Made by a program: the position numbers and the translations under genes. From Cyanobacteria bacterium auto_48_18 (GTDB lineage: Bacteria > Cyanobacteriota > Vampirovibrionia > Obscuribacterales > Obscuribacteraceae): a stretch of 64,000 nt of DNA. Position 1 is the stretch's first letter. Every line of letters begins with the position of its first letter. Under the pieces are notes generated by a model. It was not told where the DNA came from. It worked only from the letters and a program-made list of their open reading frames with translations, and did no database searches. Of this stretch, positions 30,451 to 38,974 are shown in pieces. The stretch covers positions 1 to 64,000 of the forward strand of contig JAVHQC010000036.1 of assembly GCA_036170915.1 (NCBI GenBank). Reading direction: 5' to 3'.

Positions 30451-31050
30451 TTACTTAGCGGTCAAGGCTTGAATAATTTCCGGCTCTATCCATTTGCGTC
30501 TGATCAAAACCTCGCCCACCGAAGAAAAGGCAAATCTTTGTTCGAGTAGGGCTATCATCATTAGATCTTCTGATACCAAACCAATCGCCATCAGCTGTAG
30601 TGCCAACAGATCGCTCACCTCTTCTTCGGGGGCAATTAAGTCTTGGCCAATTAGAAGCCCGTCCAACTCTTCTTGCGAAATAAATTGCTTTTCTAAGAAG
30701 ATTTCGCCTAACTGCCTGTCGCTTCTCAGCTGCTCTTTAACAGCCTCTTCGAGTTGCTCGAGGGTAATCATGCCAGCCGCCAGGCAAAGCTGGCCTAAAC
30801 GAAGCCGTGAGTGAAATAAGGTTTTTTCAGCGACTAAATTATTATCGGCAGAATGACTATATTCTTCGTAAGCGCGTCGAATTGAAGCGGCAGCAATCTC
30901 TGCCTGCTCATTTGCTCTGATACTTTTAAATTCTTGCGAAAGGTTCGCGATCAGCCGCAAAGCAGTAGCATCAACTTCCGCAGCGCTGGCTGAAGTTGGT
31001 AATGCTAAAGCGGATAAATGATTGCCCATCTTCAACCTTATAAGCGTCAC
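30451..31050 (-). CDS. MshEN-domain protein (putative c-di-GMP receptor)
   Basis: RLGQLCLAAGMITLEQLEEAVKEQ...QLGEIFLEKQFISQEELDGLLIGQ tandem motif plus a degenerate second pair. Confidence 0.7.
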   Translation of the reverse strand: MTLIRLKMGNHLSALALPTSASAAEVDATALRLIANLSQEFKSIRANEQAEIAAASIRRAYEEYSHSADNNLVAEKTLFHSRLRLGQLCLAAGMITLEQLEEAVKEQLRSDRQLGEIFLEKQFISQEELDGLLIGQDLIAPEEEVSDLLALQLMAIGLVSEDLMMIALLEQRFAFSSVGEVLIRRKWIEPEIIQALTAK

Positions 31051-31276
31051 CGAAGGCTTTATATATTACTATCGATTACTTGCAAGAACCGCATTCGACA
31101 ATACGACCATTGGTATCTACGTATCGTTGTAAATTGGTACCGATTACTAGTCGACTATTTAACCAGTTCACGGTTTGACCAGTTTAATGATTAACAATAG
31201 TACGGTTCTACTGTTCTACCTGTGTACTGTATGCAGCTGACAATCAGCGAAAATCGCATCTCAGCCACTTCTGCTT

Positions 31277-33829
31277 ATGGTACCCATGACATCAAGCATC
31301 TCAAACACACCACCAGCAGCCACCCCGCCGTCTGACAAACGCTTGGCCTTTGACACCCAATATTTGATCAAAGAATGGCGTGCCATGTTCAATCCCTCCA
31401 CCATGGGTAGAGATTGTCTGGCGGGCCTAACTGTGGCCATGGTGGCTCTGCCGCTTAATTTAGCCCTGGCGGTAGCTTCAGGCGTACCACCAATTTTAGG
31501 CATTGTCTCCGGTATCGTTGCTGGTATCATTGCCGCACTATTTGGCGGGCAACGTTACGCTATTACCGGCCCGGCAGCAGCAATGGCCGTGGTGTTGATT
31601 GAGGTAGCTCACAACTTTGGTATGGGCGGCATCTTCTTTGTCGGCTTAGTGGGCGGTCTTCTTCAGATCATTGCAGGTTTACTGAAACTCGGCCGTGTCA
31701 TTTCCTTTTTACCAATGCCTGTGATTGTAGGCTTTGCTAATGCCATCGGCATGCTGATCATCTTCAATACAGTTGATGACTTTTTCGGCCTGCCTGTTAA
31801 GGCAATTCGGAGCGCTGTAGCGGAATCGGGCGTGCTCACTGCGCCTTTTGTTCCTGAATTTATTAAAGATATCAATGAACTGGTGCAGCGAATTGTTATT
31901 CATCAAGAAGGTAATTTCAAGGCCATCATTATTGGGGTTCTGGTAATCGCGGTTTCAGTGATAGTGCCACGCTTCACCAGAGCCATTCCTGGGCAGTTAA
32001 TAGCCATTGTGGTGGCATCTCTGGTGGCAAACCTGCTGCATTTCGATATTCCTAAAATTATTGATCTAGCGCCTTTGTCTAATCTCAATTTGATGCCTCA
32101 TTGGCCTGAAATGCCTCATGGCATCCGTAGTTTTCAGCAGTATCAGGCACTGACCCTGTACGCAATTACTGTCTTTATGTTGGGTTCTATCGAATCGCTG
32201 CTTTCGGCTACCGTAGCCGATGGTATGTCTATGCGTTCAAAACACAGGCCAGACCAGGAGCTGATTGGCCAGGGCCTGGCGAACTTTTTCATGCCTTTCT
32301 TCGGCGGCATTCCAGTCACTGGTGTAATTGCCCGCACGGCCGTTAATATTACATCTGGTGCCCGTACCAGGCTCGCGGCAATTGTGCATTCTGTTGTAAT
32401 GCTGTTGCTTACAATCGTTCTGGCTCACTGGGCCGAGCAAATACCCTTAGCTGCTCTGGCAGGTGTACTGGTCTTAACCGGGTACCGCTTGATTGAATGG
32501 GACGAAGTACGCGAAATTTGGCGTGGCTCCCGCACTGAAGGTTGGATTGTTATCACCACCACACTAGCGTCGGTTTGTATAGATTTGACCGCTGGTGTTT
32601 TGACTGGTCTACTGCTTACTTGCGTTCTGTTTGTTCACAAGATGAGCTCACTCAGTGTTGTTAGTGAAGTGGCTGAGGATGACGACCGAATTGATTCGGC
32701 ACAACTTATTCCTAGTTGCAAATTCACCCGTACGTATCTTGTTGATGGCCCGCTCTTTTTTGGCGCTGCAGAGAGATTTACGGAAAGCATTTTGCTCGCC
32801 CAGGATTTAAAAGCTCTGATTTTGCACATGCGCTCGCTCAATATGATGGATGTTACTGGCGTTGAAACGCTTATGGCCATTCGCTCTCAGCTCAAGCGAA
32901 AAAATATTCGACTGGTGGTGGCTGAACTACTTGGCCAACCTCTAGAGATGATGAAAAAGACAGGCGGCTACGACAAAATTGGAGCGGAAAACATTTTTTC
33001 TGACTACAAAGAGGCACTTCTCGACGTCAACGAGAAGTTACTCATGAACGAGTGCCAGGGGTGCTCAGCTGCTCTTAATCCTGATTTGAAAAACAAACTG
33101 TCAGGCCCGCGCGATTGCAAACTTCGCAGTGCACTATTGATGGACAACAGTCGCATGACTAAGACATTAAAAGCGCGTATGGACCGTACGCAAAAGATTA
33201 AAACCGGTACGTTTCAGGCCCTCAGCCCTGACATAGCCAGATTGGTGCGAATAACCACCACAGAAGACATACCAAAGTTTTTGCGTGACACCCCCATCGA
33301 AACTCTACTTAAATGTCAGAACATGGGTCAGGTTGATGCCAATCAATCTGACGATCCAGACCTGGTTATCGGTATGTGCATCGACTACCGCAAATCATTG
33401 GCTTTGCCGCAAAACTGCGCCTACGTAATCAGGCGGACTGGAGCCAACATGGATGGTTCCGAATTTTCAATAGCTCTGGCTTTGTCTGGTGGCATTGAAT
33501 ATATGGCTTTGATTTGCCACAACCACTGCGTTATGTCAGATCCGCACGTAAAGCGAGGGGCTTTTGTTTCGGCTCTAACAGTCAATCACGGATGGAGTGA
33601 TGATCAAGCCTTGAGCTTCTTTGACCAGCATGCTTCCAGTCGGGAAATAAGTGACGCCATTGATTTTTCTATTAAGGAAGCGCGGCGGTTAAAGAATCTA
33701 TTCCGCGGCCTCAAAGTAGTGCCTATGCTGTTTATGTTAGAAGACAATTTGATCTACTTGGTCAAAGACTGGGTGAGAGAAAATGACGAGAATCAGACTG
33801 ACGATGAAGATTCGTATTTCGCCGACTGA
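31277..33829 (+). CDS. SulP/SLC26 anion transporter with STAS and C-terminal beta-carbonic-anhydrase-like domain
   Basis: DCLAGLTVAMVALP, GPAAAMA, ELIGQGLAN and TGVIARTAVN; STAS GPLFFGAA...MDVTG; C-terminal CIDYR and HNHC zinc-ligand motifs. Confidence 0.85.
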   Translation: MVPMTSSISNTPPAATPPSDKRLAFDTQYLIKEWRAMFNPSTMGRDCLAGLTVAMVALPLNLALAVASGVPPILGIVSGIVAGIIAALFGGQRYAITGPAAAMAVVLIEVAHNFGMGGIFFVGLVGGLLQIIAGLLKLGRVISFLPMPVIVGFANAIGMLIIFNTVDDFFGLPVKAIRSAVAESGVLTAPFVPEFIKDINELVQRIVIHQEGNFKAIIIGVLVIAVSVIVPRFTRAIPGQLIAIVVASLVANLLHFDIPKIIDLAPLSNLNLMPHWPEMPHGIRSFQQYQALTLYAITVFMLGSIESLLSATVADGMSMRSKHRPDQELIGQGLANFFMPFFGGIPVTGVIARTAVNITSGARTRLAAIVHSVVMLLLTIVLAHWAEQIPLAALAGVLVLTGYRLIEWDEVREIWRGSRTEGWIVITTTLASVCIDLTAGVLTGLLLTCVLFVHKMSSLSVVSEVAEDDDRIDSAQLIPSCKFTRTYLVDGPLFFGAAERFTESILLAQDLKALILHMRSLNMMDVTGVETLMAIRSQLKRKNIRLVVAELLGQPLEMMKKTGGYDKIGAENIFSDYKEALLDVNEKLLMNECQGCSAALNPDLKNKLSGPRDCKLRSALLMDNSRMTKTLKARMDRTQKIKTGTFQALSPDIARLVRITTTEDIPKFLRDTPIETLLKCQNMGQVDANQSDDPDLVIGMCIDYRKSLALPQNCAYVIRRTGANMDGSEFSIALALSGGIEYMALICHNHCVMSDPHVKRGAFVSALTVNHGWSDDQALSFFDQHASSREISDAIDFSIKEARRLKNLFRGLKVVPMLFMLEDNLIYLVKDWVRENDENQTDDEDSYFAD

Positions 33830-33936
33830 CCATATCAAGTGCTCCCGGTAATTCCTAGATTCCCGTAGCTTGGTGTAGTTTCAATACAAATGGTGATGTA
33901 GCAAAGAAGCCCTCGGCTCAAGGCGCCAAAAGGTGG

Positions 33937-33945
33937 TGCTAAAAT
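33937..33945 (+). promoter_or_regulatory. Extended -10 promoter element for the tRNA
   Basis: TGcTAAAAT ending 10 nt upstream of the tRNA. Confidence 0.55.
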
Positions 33946-33955
33946 AGCTTTTCGC

Positions 33956-34039
33956 GCCCTTGTGTCGGAACTGGTATACGAGACGCACTTAAAATGCGTT
34001 GCCCGTAAGGGATTGAGGGTTCGACTCCCTCCGAGGGCA
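33956..34039 (+). tRNA. trnL: tRNA-Leu(UAA), intronless, CCA not encoded
   Basis: Acceptor stem GCCCTTG/CGAGGGC; anticodon arm ACGCA-CTTAAAA-TGCGT; long variable arm; GAGGG-TTCGACT-CCCTC T-arm; discriminator A. Confidence 0.95.
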
Positions 34040-34165
34040 AATTTTTCAAGCAATGCTCGGCCCTTTGTCGTCATAATGCGGTAGCTGCGGTTTTGTGATA
34101 GAAACGCATCTGGCCAGGAAACCTGTTATTCAGTTTCGGTAGTCAGCAAAGAGAGTGTTTAAATC

Positions 34166-34723
34166 ATGAGTATAGTTGTTGCGTGTGTGAAGGCAAGCGC
34201 AGGCTTGTTTCTTGCTGTTTGCTTAGCTTTTCCTTCTGCCCTGGCCGAAGACATGACCCGTGCGCAAATGGTCAAGAACCTGCGTGCCGCTAACGAAGTT
34301 GCAAAGGAAATGAAGAAATTCGGACACCATCCATTTGGTGCTGTACTTGTAGCACCAGATAATGACCAGATCCTCATGCATCAAGGTAACGTAAATGTGG
34401 TGCGTCACGCCGAGACGGAACTGTCTCGGCGGGCTTTTGAAGCTTACCCAGCGGAATATCTGGCTAACTGTACGCTCGTTACCACTATGGAGCCCTGTGT
34501 CATGTGTGCCGGCAACGTTTACTTTGCCAATATCGGAAAAGTAGTGTTTGGAGGCACTGAAGCTACTCTTAGAAAGCTCACTGGCACTAGTTCTGCGAAC
34601 CCAACAATGAATTTACCCTGCAAACAGGTATTCGATTCTGGACAGAAAACAATTAAGGTGGATGGTCCGATTGCAGAAATGGATGACGAACTTACCGAAC
34701 CACACAAAGGTTTCTGGCACTAA
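34166..34723 (+). CDS. Zn-dependent nucleoside/guanine deaminase family protein with predicted signal peptide
   Basis: PFGAVLV, HAE and EPCVMC motifs; N-terminus ...LFLAVCLAFPSALA-ED. Confidence 0.85.
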   Translation: MSIVVACVKASAGLFLAVCLAFPSALAEDMTRAQMVKNLRAANEVAKEMKKFGHHPFGAVLVAPDNDQILMHQGNVNVVRHAETELSRRAFEAYPAEYLANCTLVTTMEPCVMCAGNVYFANIGKVVFGGTEATLRKLTGTSSANPTMNLPCKQVFDSGQKTIKVDGPIAEMDDELTEPHKGFWH

Positions 34724-34724
34724 G

Positions 34725-35123
34725 TTATTTGCTGACCATCGAGAAAATCGAGTAAAGATTTCCGTCTAGATCGTAGAAGTTTGTGCTCATGCCCACTTTG
34801 TCGTCGTATTCGCAGACCACTTCGCATTCACTTTTAAAAGTTACACCGCGCTCAACCAGCTCAGCTCGTGTCTCGTGCACATTGTCCACAGTAAACACAA
34901 CAATTGGTTGTGCTGTGGCTTTACCTGGATGTTTTTCACCGGGCTTCATGCCGTGGAGAGCTAAAGTGGTGCTGCCTGTTTCAAATTCAACCCAGCCACT
35001 TTCTTCGCTCTTGAGTTTCATGCCCAGAATGTCGCGGTAGAAAGGCACTGACTTTTCTGTATCTTGTACATAAACAATGACGTAGCTTAAAGTTGATAAT
35101 TTGACTTCTGCTTTTACTGCCAT
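34725..35123 (-). CDS. VOC/glyoxalase family protein
   Basis: VIVYV...FYRDILG...FTVDNV...FYDLDGN pattern. Confidence 0.85.
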   Translation of the reverse strand: MAVKAEVKLSTLSYVIVYVQDTEKSVPFYRDILGMKLKSEESGWVEFETGSTTLALHGMKPGEKHPGKATAQPIVVFTVDNVHETRAELVERGVTFKSECEVVCEYDDKVGMSTNFYDLDGNLYSIFSMVSK

Positions 35124-35164
35124 TTTAACTTTTCCTTCTAGAATTTCTAACTCTATTTCTGAGC

Positions 35165-36004
35165 TTATTTTACGGATGCCAGTTCTTTGATGCGCACTCG
35201 GTTTTCCAGCAAGCCAATACCGGCCACTTCCATTTTGACTACGTCACCGTCTTGTAGCCAGGGATAAACAGCTGGAGTAAGCTCGGCACCAGTTGCATCA
35301 TAAGTAGCCATAAACTCTGCGATGCAGCCATTACCCACGGTGCCTGAGCCAAACAAATAGCCGGGTTGAATGGCAATATTTTGCTGACCTAACCAGGCGA
35401 AAATGCGGGGGAAACTCCAGGCGCTCTTCTGCCCGGTGGCTGGATGAGTATGATAAAGCGTATTGTAATTACTGCGTGATCTCTCCTGACCATTGATGGT
35501 CAAAATCATCTCCATGTCAAAGACACCGTGGTCGTCCATTTTTAGATCGGACGCTTTAACCAGCTTGGGGCCAATGCTTTTACCGATGACAAATTTGCTG
35601 TTGGTAGGGCCCAATCCTTCCATGTCTTTCTTTTGAATGTCTCGAGCAGACCAGTCATTGAGAATGGTGAAATAGCAATTTTCTTTGATAAATTCTAAAG
35701 CAGCCTTCTCATCGGTCAGCAGCGCCGATTTAGTCGTCAGGCAGCCGATTTCAAATTCATAATCTGGAGCTTTGACTATGGCTGGAATGTTTACTTCTTC
35801 GCCGGTGGCGAACATTTTGTCGGCTGGAATATCGACGACATAGTAGGCAGCATGGTCATACCAGGTGGGTGAAACTTCTACACCACGCTTAGCGCGAATT
35901 TGTCTGATGTGAGTTTCGAAACCGAGAAAATCTAGCAATACTTTTGGTTCAGGCACTGTCACACCAAAAAGCTCGACAGTGTTAGTTGAATTTTTATAGA
36001 GCAT
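35165..36004 (-). CDS. Fumarylacetoacetate hydrolase family protein
   Basis: DYEFEIG, NDWSARDIQ, GSGTVG and GDVVKMEVAGIGLLENRV motifs. Confidence 0.9.
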   Translation of the reverse strand: MLYKNSTNTVELFGVTVPEPKVLLDFLGFETHIRQIRAKRGVEVSPTWYDHAAYYVVDIPADKMFATGEEVNIPAIVKAPDYEFEIGCLTTKSALLTDEKAALEFIKENCYFTILNDWSARDIQKKDMEGLGPTNSKFVIGKSIGPKLVKASDLKMDDHGVFDMEMILTINGQERSRSNYNTLYHTHPATGQKSAWSFPRIFAWLGQQNIAIQPGYLFGSGTVGNGCIAEFMATYDATGAELTPAVYPWLQDGDVVKMEVAGIGLLENRVRIKELASVK

Positions 36005-36174
36005 CTTGCTGGCCTCTTATTCGGTTGAAGCCTTGATTATCCCATGGGGTGGCTTTTCAGCTCTAAATCTCAAGCTTGCCCTTATAAAGCGGATGTCATG
36101 AGGCGCGGGTGTCGAAAGTTATAAGGCTATTGTCGTAGACTGTGAGCCGCTACCTTTAGGAAGGAAGACCATAA

Positions 36175-36546
36175 ATGATTCACTCGCAAGAATTTGAAGA
36201 TCTGGTGGCACAAATTAAGCCGCGCATTAAAGAAGTTAGCATCGACGACGTACTCGACTTTCAAAAAGAGAACAAAGACTTTTTGCTTGTGGACGTGCGT
36301 GAAGATCGCGAGTGGGCTGAAGGTCATGCTCCAGGCGCAATTCACTTAGGTCGGGGAATTATCGAACGGGATATCATCAAGACCGAACCGAACAAAGATC
36401 GAGCAATCGTTCTCTATTGTGGTGGTGGCTATCGCTCAGCCATGTCGGCGGATAATTTACAGAAGATGGGTTATACGAACATATTATCGATGGCCGGTGG
36501 CATGCGTGCCTGGCGCGAACGCAGTCTGCCTGAGGAGAAACCATGA
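36175..36546 (+). CDS. Single-domain rhodanese (sulfurtransferase)
   Basis: DVRE, GHAPGA, YCGGGYRS and GGMRAW motifs. Confidence 0.9.
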   Translation: MIHSQEFEDLVAQIKPRIKEVSIDDVLDFQKENKDFLLVDVREDREWAEGHAPGAIHLGRGIIERDIIKTEPNKDRAIVLYCGGGYRSAMSADNLQKMGYTNILSMAGGMRAWRERSLPEEKP

Positions 36547-36707
36547 ACGACTGGTTTCGTGAATTCTTAGAGCTGCAGACAAAAGATCCGCAGGCATTTT
36601 ATTTAATGGTCGGGTGCATCGGTCTTTTAGTTTTTCTTTCACTCACCATCTTTGGTGGCTTTATTTGGTACCTGTATCGTGGTGACAAATCGGGCAAATC
36701 TGACTGA
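36543..36707 (+). CDS. 54-aa single-TM protein missing from the ORF track
   Basis: ATGA overlap with the rhodanese stop and upstream GAGGAG; MNDWFREFLELQTKDPQAFYLMVGCIGLLVFLSLTIFGGFIWYLYRGDKSGKSD. Confidence 0.65.
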   Translation: MNDWFREFLELQTKDPQAFYLMVGCIGLLVFLSLTIFGGFIWYLYRGDKSGKSD

Positions 36708-36809
36708 TAAAGTGGTGACTTTTGCCGCCAGGCGCCATTTTGTGAAGTCAAGAGTTGCCCTTCGTATTGATACTGCCCATAATATCGATATCCGATCTAG
36801 GGGTGTTAT

Positions 36810-37226
36810 ATGGCTGAATCATTACGACAACTAAAATTAATTGGCGATCCGCTCAATTTAGAAGGCCTAGAGCCGCTGCTCGAGCTGGGTCATGTCGAAC
36901 TGGTAGAAGACAATACCATTGCTCCTGGTGCCCTGCTAGATACCACCCCTGGTGCAATATCAGAAACCAGACTGATACTAGATTTGATGACACAAGTTGA
37001 GCTTGTTAATGAATTAGTCTTAGAGACGAGCTTCAAGCTGCAAAAAGCGCACGAATCGCTGCTGGTAATGGAAAAAGAGATTTTTGCACAAGACCTTCGC
37101 CTAGAGCGCATGAAAGATCTCGAAAGCAAAATTGTGGAATTGGAGACCTGGTTAGATGCGGCTGTAGCTGAGAATACCCTGCTCAAGCGCCCGTGGTACA
37201 AAAAGTTGTTTAACTGGAGATATTGA
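36810..37226 (+). CDS. Hypothetical coiled-coil protein
   Basis: AGGGG RBS; heptad-rich C-terminal half ending KRPWYKKLF. Confidence 0.6.
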   Translation: MAESLRQLKLIGDPLNLEGLEPLLELGHVELVEDNTIAPGALLDTTPGAISETRLILDLMTQVELVNELVLETSFKLQKAHESLLVMEKEIFAQDLRLERMKDLESKIVELETWLDAAVAENTLLKRPWYKKLFNWRY

Positions 37227-37246
37227 TCTCATTTATTTGGATTGAT

Positions 37247-37279
37247 AAAAAAGAGAGCGCTCATGCGCTCTCTTTTTTT
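37247..37279. terminator. Bidirectional intrinsic terminator
   Basis: AAAAAAGAGAGCGC-TCAT-GCGCTCTCTTTTTTT between convergent genes. Confidence 0.85.
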
Positions 37280-37303
37280 CTCGTAGCATGCGAGCATAAT
37301 GCG

Positions 37304-38716
37304 CTACTTACTACAAGCCTTACCAGCCGCTTCCAGCTTTATGGGCAACTCCGCTTTTTGCCAGGCCTGAGTGCCACCAATAACGTTAATCAGCTGGTCT
37401 CTACCATGCCTTTTAAGCAAGCTTATGGCCATACTTGAGCGATAACCAGCCGCGCAGATTACAGCGGTCTTCACGCCAGGCTCAACCGCCTCTAATCGCC
37501 TTTCGAGTTCGGTTAACGAAACGTTCTTAGCCTGTGGTACATGACCGGAGTCAAATTCGGCTGGTCTGCGCACGTCTAAAACTTTTAAATCAGGCTCTGT
37601 GTTCAGCAAATCAGCCAACTCGTGTACCGAAATCTGCTCGACGGTCTCAACAGCCTGACCAGCTTCTTGCCAGGCTTTCATACCACCTTCAAGGTATCCG
37701 CACACGTTTTCTAATCCAGCGCGAGCCAATCGTAGAACAGCCTCGTCAACTTGATTGTCTTCTGTCAAAACCAAAATAATGGCATGCTCTGCACCAAGGA
37801 CAGTGCCGCACCATGAAGCAAACTGGCCGCCTAAACCGACATTGTAAGCACCTTTTATGTGCCCTTCGCCAAATTCCGCGGGAGTACGCGTGTCCAAAAT
37901 AATCAGATCTGATTGACTATCCAATTTCGTTTTGAGTTGTGCCGGGCTCATTTTTGCAGTAGCCGACATATCGCCAAGCGAACTTGCTCCTGCGCGATTG
38001 GCCGCCACTGCACGTGAGAAATAAGCTGGTACTTCCATTAATTCAGCCGTAAGCATGGTGACAAATTCGTCTTTAGTCATCGGTTGCAACGCATAGTTAA
38101 ACTTCTTTTGGGCGGCAATTGTGGACGACCGATCACTAGAAATATTTTTACCGCACATTGAGCCCGCGCCATGGGCCGGGAAAACTTCTGTCTGCTCGGG
38201 CAAAGTCAAAATTTTCTGATGCAAGCTGTCATAAAGCAAAGCGGCCATATCGGCTGGCCCGGAGCCAGGCTTACCCACCAGATCAGGTCGCCCGACATCA
38301 CCAATGAAGAGCGTATCACCGGTCAAAAGTCTCATGGGCTCATCGCTATTTTTCTCTTGCAATAAAAGGCAAATACTGTCTGGTGTGTGCCCGGGCGTGG
38401 CCAGCACCTTAATGGTCATGTCTCCCAATTCAATAACACTGCCGTCTACAACCGGACGATGGTCAAAACCGGCCTCCGCCTTATCGCTGCATAAAATGAT
38501 TGCTCCAGTCAGCTCTGCCAATTCTTTGTGGCCACTGACAAAATCTGCATGGACGTGAGTCTCGAAAATGTATTTGATCTTGAGGCCATTTTTGTCAGCT
38601 TCTTCAATATACTGAGCCACATCGCGCTGTGGATCTACCACGGCGGCCTCACCCTTAGAACCGACCAAATAAGAGGCATGGGCCAGGCACCCGAGATAAA
38701 ACTGCTTGAAGAACAC
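37304..38716 (-). CDS. Persulfide-dioxygenase-like MBL hydrolase fused to two rhodanese domains
   Basis: ETHVHADF, TPGHT, TGDTLFIGDVGRPD and PAHGAGS; rhodanese domains with GHIKGA and ICAAGYRS; GGAG RBS before GTG 38716. Confidence 0.9.
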   Translation of the reverse strand: MFFKQFYLGCLAHASYLVGSKGEAAVVDPQRDVAQYIEEADKNGLKIKYIFETHVHADFVSGHKELAELTGAIILCSDKAEAGFDHRPVVDGSVIELGDMTIKVLATPGHTPDSICLLLQEKNSDEPMRLLTGDTLFIGDVGRPDLVGKPGSGPADMAALLYDSLHQKILTLPEQTEVFPAHGAGSMCGKNISSDRSSTIAAQKKFNYALQPMTKDEFVTMLTAELMEVPAYFSRAVAANRAGASSLGDMSATAKMSPAQLKTKLDSQSDLIILDTRTPAEFGEGHIKGAYNVGLGGQFASWCGTVLGAEHAIILVLTEDNQVDEAVLRLARAGLENVCGYLEGGMKAWQEAGQAVETVEQISVHELADLLNTEPDLKVLDVRRPAEFDSGHVPQAKNVSLTELERRLEAVEPGVKTAVICAAGYRSSMAISLLKRHGRDQLINVIGGTQAWQKAELPIKLEAAGKACSK

Positions 38717-38974
38717 GATTAACACTCCAAAACGGCAATTTAGTATACCGACAAATTGATCTTACACTTATGGAAAAAGGAGCGCCGTCGGCCTGCCTTA
38801 TGTTGTGTACTATATAGGCACTCTAGGATCTGGCGATAAGGGGCCCAAACGCATCTTCTCTTAGCGGAGATAGCCAGGTCGAATTTTATTTTTCCGCGTG
38901 TCCGCCCTGATAGGACGCCCTCGATATGAGGCTTCAGTGTAAAGTAAAAAAAGTGCCCTTGCTGGAGCGATTCT

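Noticed and set aside
29962..30472. Short ORFs at 29962-30144, 30024-30245 and 30194-30472
   Set aside because: They overlap intron domain I and the dif-like site and have no protein-like motifs.
33835..34074. 79-aa minus-strand ORF
   Set aside because: It is antisense to tRNA-Leu and is a shadow ORF.
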